Below, in pieces: positions 59,664 to 64,000 of a stretch of 64,000 bases of DNA; positions within the stretch are counted from its first letter, which is position 1, and the number at the start of each line of letters is the position of its first letter. Below the pieces are notes generated by a model. It was not told where the DNA came from. It did not search any database and worked only from the letters and a program-made list of their open reading frames with translations. The stretch covers positions 248,001 through 312,000 of the forward strand of contig NW_021835988.1 in the NCBI RefSeq assembly GCF_006345805.1, written 5' to 3'. A program made the position numbers and the translations under genes. Source of the stretch: Octopus sinensis (Eukaryota).

Positions 59664-62641
59664 ATGAGGCTACAAAGAGATTTTACTTTGCTATCATTCA
59701 ATGTCAGAGGACTATCTGACCTATCCAAGCGAAAAATCCTATGCCGGGATCTGAATGCATATGGTGCAACTATCGGATGCTTTCAAGAAACGAAGGTCAA
59801 AGGCGGGCTAGATGAGATACACAACGAGTATCGAATCATTCTCCTTCCATCAGAATCACGTCATTATGGGCAGGGGTTTGGCATTCATAAGACCTTTTGG
59901 AATTCAATTCACAAATACTACCGTGTGAACGACCGCATATGTGTACTACAACTGAGACAAAAACTTTGACCAACACGGATCGAATAATCAGCATTATAAA
60001 TGTCTACGCCCCACAAAGTGGAAGACTGAAGAAGAACATGGATGAACTAGACTCTTTCTATCACATGCTATCAAAGACCTACACGAGTATAAAAACATCC
60101 TTCCTTATACTAATTGCCGGTGATTGGAATGCTAAGGCAGGCAAAGGCCGTGGTGAAGAAGTGTTCATGGGCAGACATGGACGGGGGATAAGAAATGCAC
60201 CAGGTGAAATGCTTGTGAACTTCTGCAGCATATTCAAGCTACTGCTATGCAATACGGTCTTTCCTCATGCGGCACGTCATAAAACCACGTGGACCGGGAC
60301 TAGAAGAAACAAAAATGGGGAGTACGTCAACATCTATAATCAAATCGATTATATCATCTGTAGACAAGAAGAAAAACATCGATTGCTGGATGCCAGGTCA
60401 TATGGCGGGGCACTTACACTGAGCGATCACAAAGCATTGTGGCACGATTGAGACTGAAAAGAATTTTTGGATCGCCTCTTTCAAAAGAAAATGAATCAAA
60501 CCGAATTAGATACTCAGTGGAAAAACTGATTACATCAGATGTTACCAAGGAAAAATACTCCCAGGCAATCATCGAAAACCTAAAAGTAACAGAAACGGTA
60601 AAAGACCCAAACAAAAGCTGGGATATATTAGAAAAACTTATTCACAAAGCTGCAACGGAAACCATTGGAACGACTGCATTCAGAAACCACTCAAACCCAT
60701 TGAATCCAAATGTTGCCGAAATGGCAACAAAACAAAAAGCCATCCAACTGAAAATTGAAAACACCAACGACAAGGAGGCAAAGGAAAAACTCAAAAGAGA
60801 ACGTAGGAAAATATCGAGAACAATCAAGAAGGAAAATCTTAAATACGTGAAAGCTTTATTAAACTCTCGAATATCAGAAGTTGAAGACTTAAAGGATGGT
60901 GCGCAAATGTACGCAGCCATCAGACTACTACGCCGACGACAACAGAAAACAAAACTGGTTGTGCACGATGAACATGGGAAAACAATTGGAAACCCAATCG
61001 AAATGGTAAATACAATCGCCGACCACTTCGAAATACTATTCAATGGCAGGGCCGATGCTCTCGATGAGGGTGAAGAACGTTATCTAAACAACAAAATAAC
61101 ACACCTTGAAGTTTTGAAGGCTATAAAAAAATTAAAAAACAACCGTGCGGCGGGTCCAGACAACATCAACGGTGAATTGATAAAGTACTCCCCAATGGAG
61201 ATCTCAACTATAATCACAAATCTCCTGAACGAGATGTTCCATGGAAATACCATACCGCCTATTGGGAAAGGAACGCTAATTCCTCTCCAAAAACCCAACA
61301 AGCCGCAAGGTCCTCTTAACAACATTCGCCCAATCATACTCTTGAACACAATAAGGAAAATCTTCTCGCTCGTAACACTGGAACGTATTAAGGACCCTGT
61401 TAATGAATATCTGTCGGCTAGCCAAAGTGGATTCAGGCCTGGGCGATCAACTGCAGATGTAGTATGGGGACATAGATGGATCTGTGCCATATCTCAGAAA
61501 TTTAAAATGGCGACCACAATATTGGGCATTGATATGAGCAGGGCATTTGATACAATCCGCAGAGACAAGCTAATGGAGATCCTCAAAACTATTCTTGACA
61601 ATGACTCGATCAGAATGGTTCGAGCACTACTTATAGACACCGAGTTAACGGTGAAGATCGGACCCGTACAATCAAGATCTTTCAAAACAAGCATTGGAAC
61701 GCCCCAAGGTGATTCAATATCACCTGTACTATTCATTGTCTATCTTGAAGCGGCACTAAGAGATCTGAGAAAACTAGTGAAGACTACTTCAATAACTGAA
61801 GTGATATATGCCGACGATGTAGACTTTTTGTCTCATGATAAGTCGACACTCGAAGAACTGCTGAACATTGCTCCTCAGGCACTGGAAAAATGGTTCTTAA
61901 AAGTGAACATAGAAAAAACCGAATATGTAACAATCAACCGGGAGGCAAATAGAACAGACGAAAAATGGCGAAACTCGAAAAAAGTTGGAACTCTTTTAGG
62001 AGATAGTGAAGACATTATGAGGAGAAAGATGCTATCGACTGTTGCACTTAACAAACTGCGGACCACTTGGCTACGAAACCGCGAGGTTGGAACGGCCTTA
62101 CGTGCCAAATTATACAATGCTTTTATTAAACCCATACTTTTGTACAACGGAGGAACATGGGGAATATCTGAGTCTGAATCAAAATCTCTTGATGCATTCC
62201 ATAGAAGACAGTTAAGAATTCTTATTGGCATCAACTGGCCAAAGAAAATCAAGAACTCCACCCTATACAATATCTGCAACAGCAGACCCGTCAGTGTGGA
62301 CATTACCGAAGCACGTTGGCGCCTATTGGGCCACATTCTAAGACTCGACCAGGATGTTTATGCTAACTGGGCAATGGAATCATATTACGCAAAGGACGAA
62401 AGATCTGCGTCCCGAGGACGCCCACGAAATACATTACCTATTGTAATCTCAAAAGAACTACAACGCGTTAAAAGACAACTGAAAAATGGAGACGACCTAG
62501 ATACTCTCAGGAGTATAGCATACAACCGCACATCATGGAAAATTATGACCGAAAAGATAGTCTCATATGTGGCACATGTGGGAACTTAATTAGTTTAAAT
62601 TACATTATGTTCCTATGACAGTGCTAATAATAATAATAATA
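59664..62641 (+). mobile_element. Near full-length RTE-clade LINE (APE endonuclease plus RT), two frameshifts
   Basis: LSFNVRGL, CFQETK, NVYAP, IAGDWNAK, NQIDYI and SDH (APE). RPIILLN, QSGFRPGRS, DMSRAFD, GTPQGDSISP and YADD (RT). Frameshifts near 59960 and 60440. (TAA)n tail at about 62627-62641. Confidence 0.93.
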
Positions 62642-63064
62642 AAAGTAAAATCCATATTTTACTAGAATAAACTATAAAAAATAACAATAAAATAGTAAAA
62701 ATCGAGATAAACAAAAAATACTAAAAAGAAATAATATAATTGGAAAAATCCATATGAATGAAGATTAATTAATCAATAAAATGAATAGACTTGCAAAATA
62801 AAATTTATCAGTGATATTTTACCAGTAGTCAATGAATTAATCTTCAAACAAATGAAAAAACAAAATATATAAAAATAAAATATGAAAGCAAAAGAAAAAA
62901 ATAAAAATTAACAACCACAATCACAACACAAGAAAAAATGACGTATTTAGGACATGAGAATTTATTGTAATTAATTAGATAAATTTAGAACATTAAAAAA
63001 ATTAAATCAATAACATTTAATATTGTCAGTCTTTTTGCGTAAACAAATCAACACATAATTACAT

Positions 63065-63351
63065 GTCGACTCTGCCTCCCGCCCTAGCTCAGCCTCAGCA
63101 CATGCCGAAACGAAAAAAATCGCAAAGTACGCCTCATTATAGAACACCTGCCTTTTTGTCCCCCTCGCTTTTGAGACGAGTGGGATAATCAGCCCAAAAG
63201 CCCTGGAGTCACTTTCGGAAATTGGTTTAATGATCTCAAGGAAGAGTCACGAGAGACGTGAGTCTAGCTGGCTTTTTCAGCACATTTCCCTTGCGATATT
63301 CCGCGGAAACTGCCTGTCTATTTGCTCGTTCTCTCAATCCAAGAATTAACG
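63065..63351 (+). mobile_element. Short 3' fragment of CRE-like retrotransposon (same subfamily as 38016)
   Basis: High nucleotide similarity to about 39020-39301, including the terminal CAATCCAAGAATTAACG. Confidence 0.88.
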
Positions 63352-64000
63352 ACTGTTTAAATAAACAGGAAATCGAGTTCTGGATTGCTGACGATGGCCT
63401 TCTATTTTGTTTTTTTTGTTTATCCAAAGGCAGCTGTTTAAAAAAATATTCAGTCGATTCTCTTCGTTCCTTAAAACATCAGAACAATGTGCGTATAAAT
63501 TTTCCATTGTGACCTGGTGCTCATGCCGCATATTATTAAAAATTATGTACACCGATTTCAAAACACAAAATATACATCTCTTCAACTTAGTTATTGAGCT
63601 ACTGTCTGACGCAACATAGGAAAGCTTCAGGGGGGGGCACTTTTTTAAAATAACATTTTAGCAAAATAAAATGAAAAATTAAAACAAAATTATGAACATT
63701 TTGGGGCGTCGTACAATAATTTATTGTTACTTGACAATGTGGAATCCCATAAAACTGTTGAATGTTTAAATATAGAATTTTTATTTTTAGCAAAAAATAT
63801 ACGCTTTATTTACAACCTTTAGATATGAGAATAATCAAGGTTTTGTAAGATTATTATTCAAGTCTTTTGATATAATTTTTGAGTTTTCGAGATTTCGAAA
63901 ACGATTTTATACATTCTATTTCCAAATCAAACTTTCGTCGTGTCATGGTGCTAATTTCAAAGGGCTGAAAGAAGATAGATGTGGCATGTATTGTTAATTG

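Noticed and set aside
857-63793. Most short ORFs in the supplied six-frame track
   Set aside because: They are antisense or off-frame shadows of spliced genes and transposon fragments, or read through introns.

Overview
AT-rich eukaryotic (probably animal) genomic DNA. It has very short spliceosomal introns (almost all about 20-34 nt) and a heavy transposon load. A highly reduced animal such as a dicyemid or myxozoan is an inference from intron size and animal-type genes, not a determination. After manual splicing, these genes look intact: a signal-peptide/LRR/Thr-rich/GPI-type surface protein (664-1882), Vps45 (22070-24001), an intronless orphan coiled-coil ORF (24136-25239, minus), two paralogous single-pass membrane proteins with a variable 15-aa repeat stalk (33339-34274, 40009-41037), NOG1/GTPBP4 (46218-48454, minus), a CPVL-like serine carboxypeptidase (50546-52129) and tRNA-Gly(GCC). 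Decayed host genes are a 6.5-kb TOR kinase copy with nonsense codons, frameshifts, an FRB deletion and no FATC domain, plus C-terminal relics of malate dehydrogenase and COX4. Mobile DNA includes three hAT elements with 8-bp TSDs, a pogo/Tigger element with TIRs and TA TSD, two inverted copies of a non-autonomous Helitron carrying ~95-bp satellite arrays (about 6 vs 17 units), a near-complete RTE LINE, at least 7 CRE-like and 4 R2/NeSL-like RLE retrotransposon fragments, several Jockey/I-like fragments, and a retroviral-like integrase gene interrupted by host-sized 24-25-nt introns. All protein identifications rest on recalled motifs and manual translation; no database search was run.
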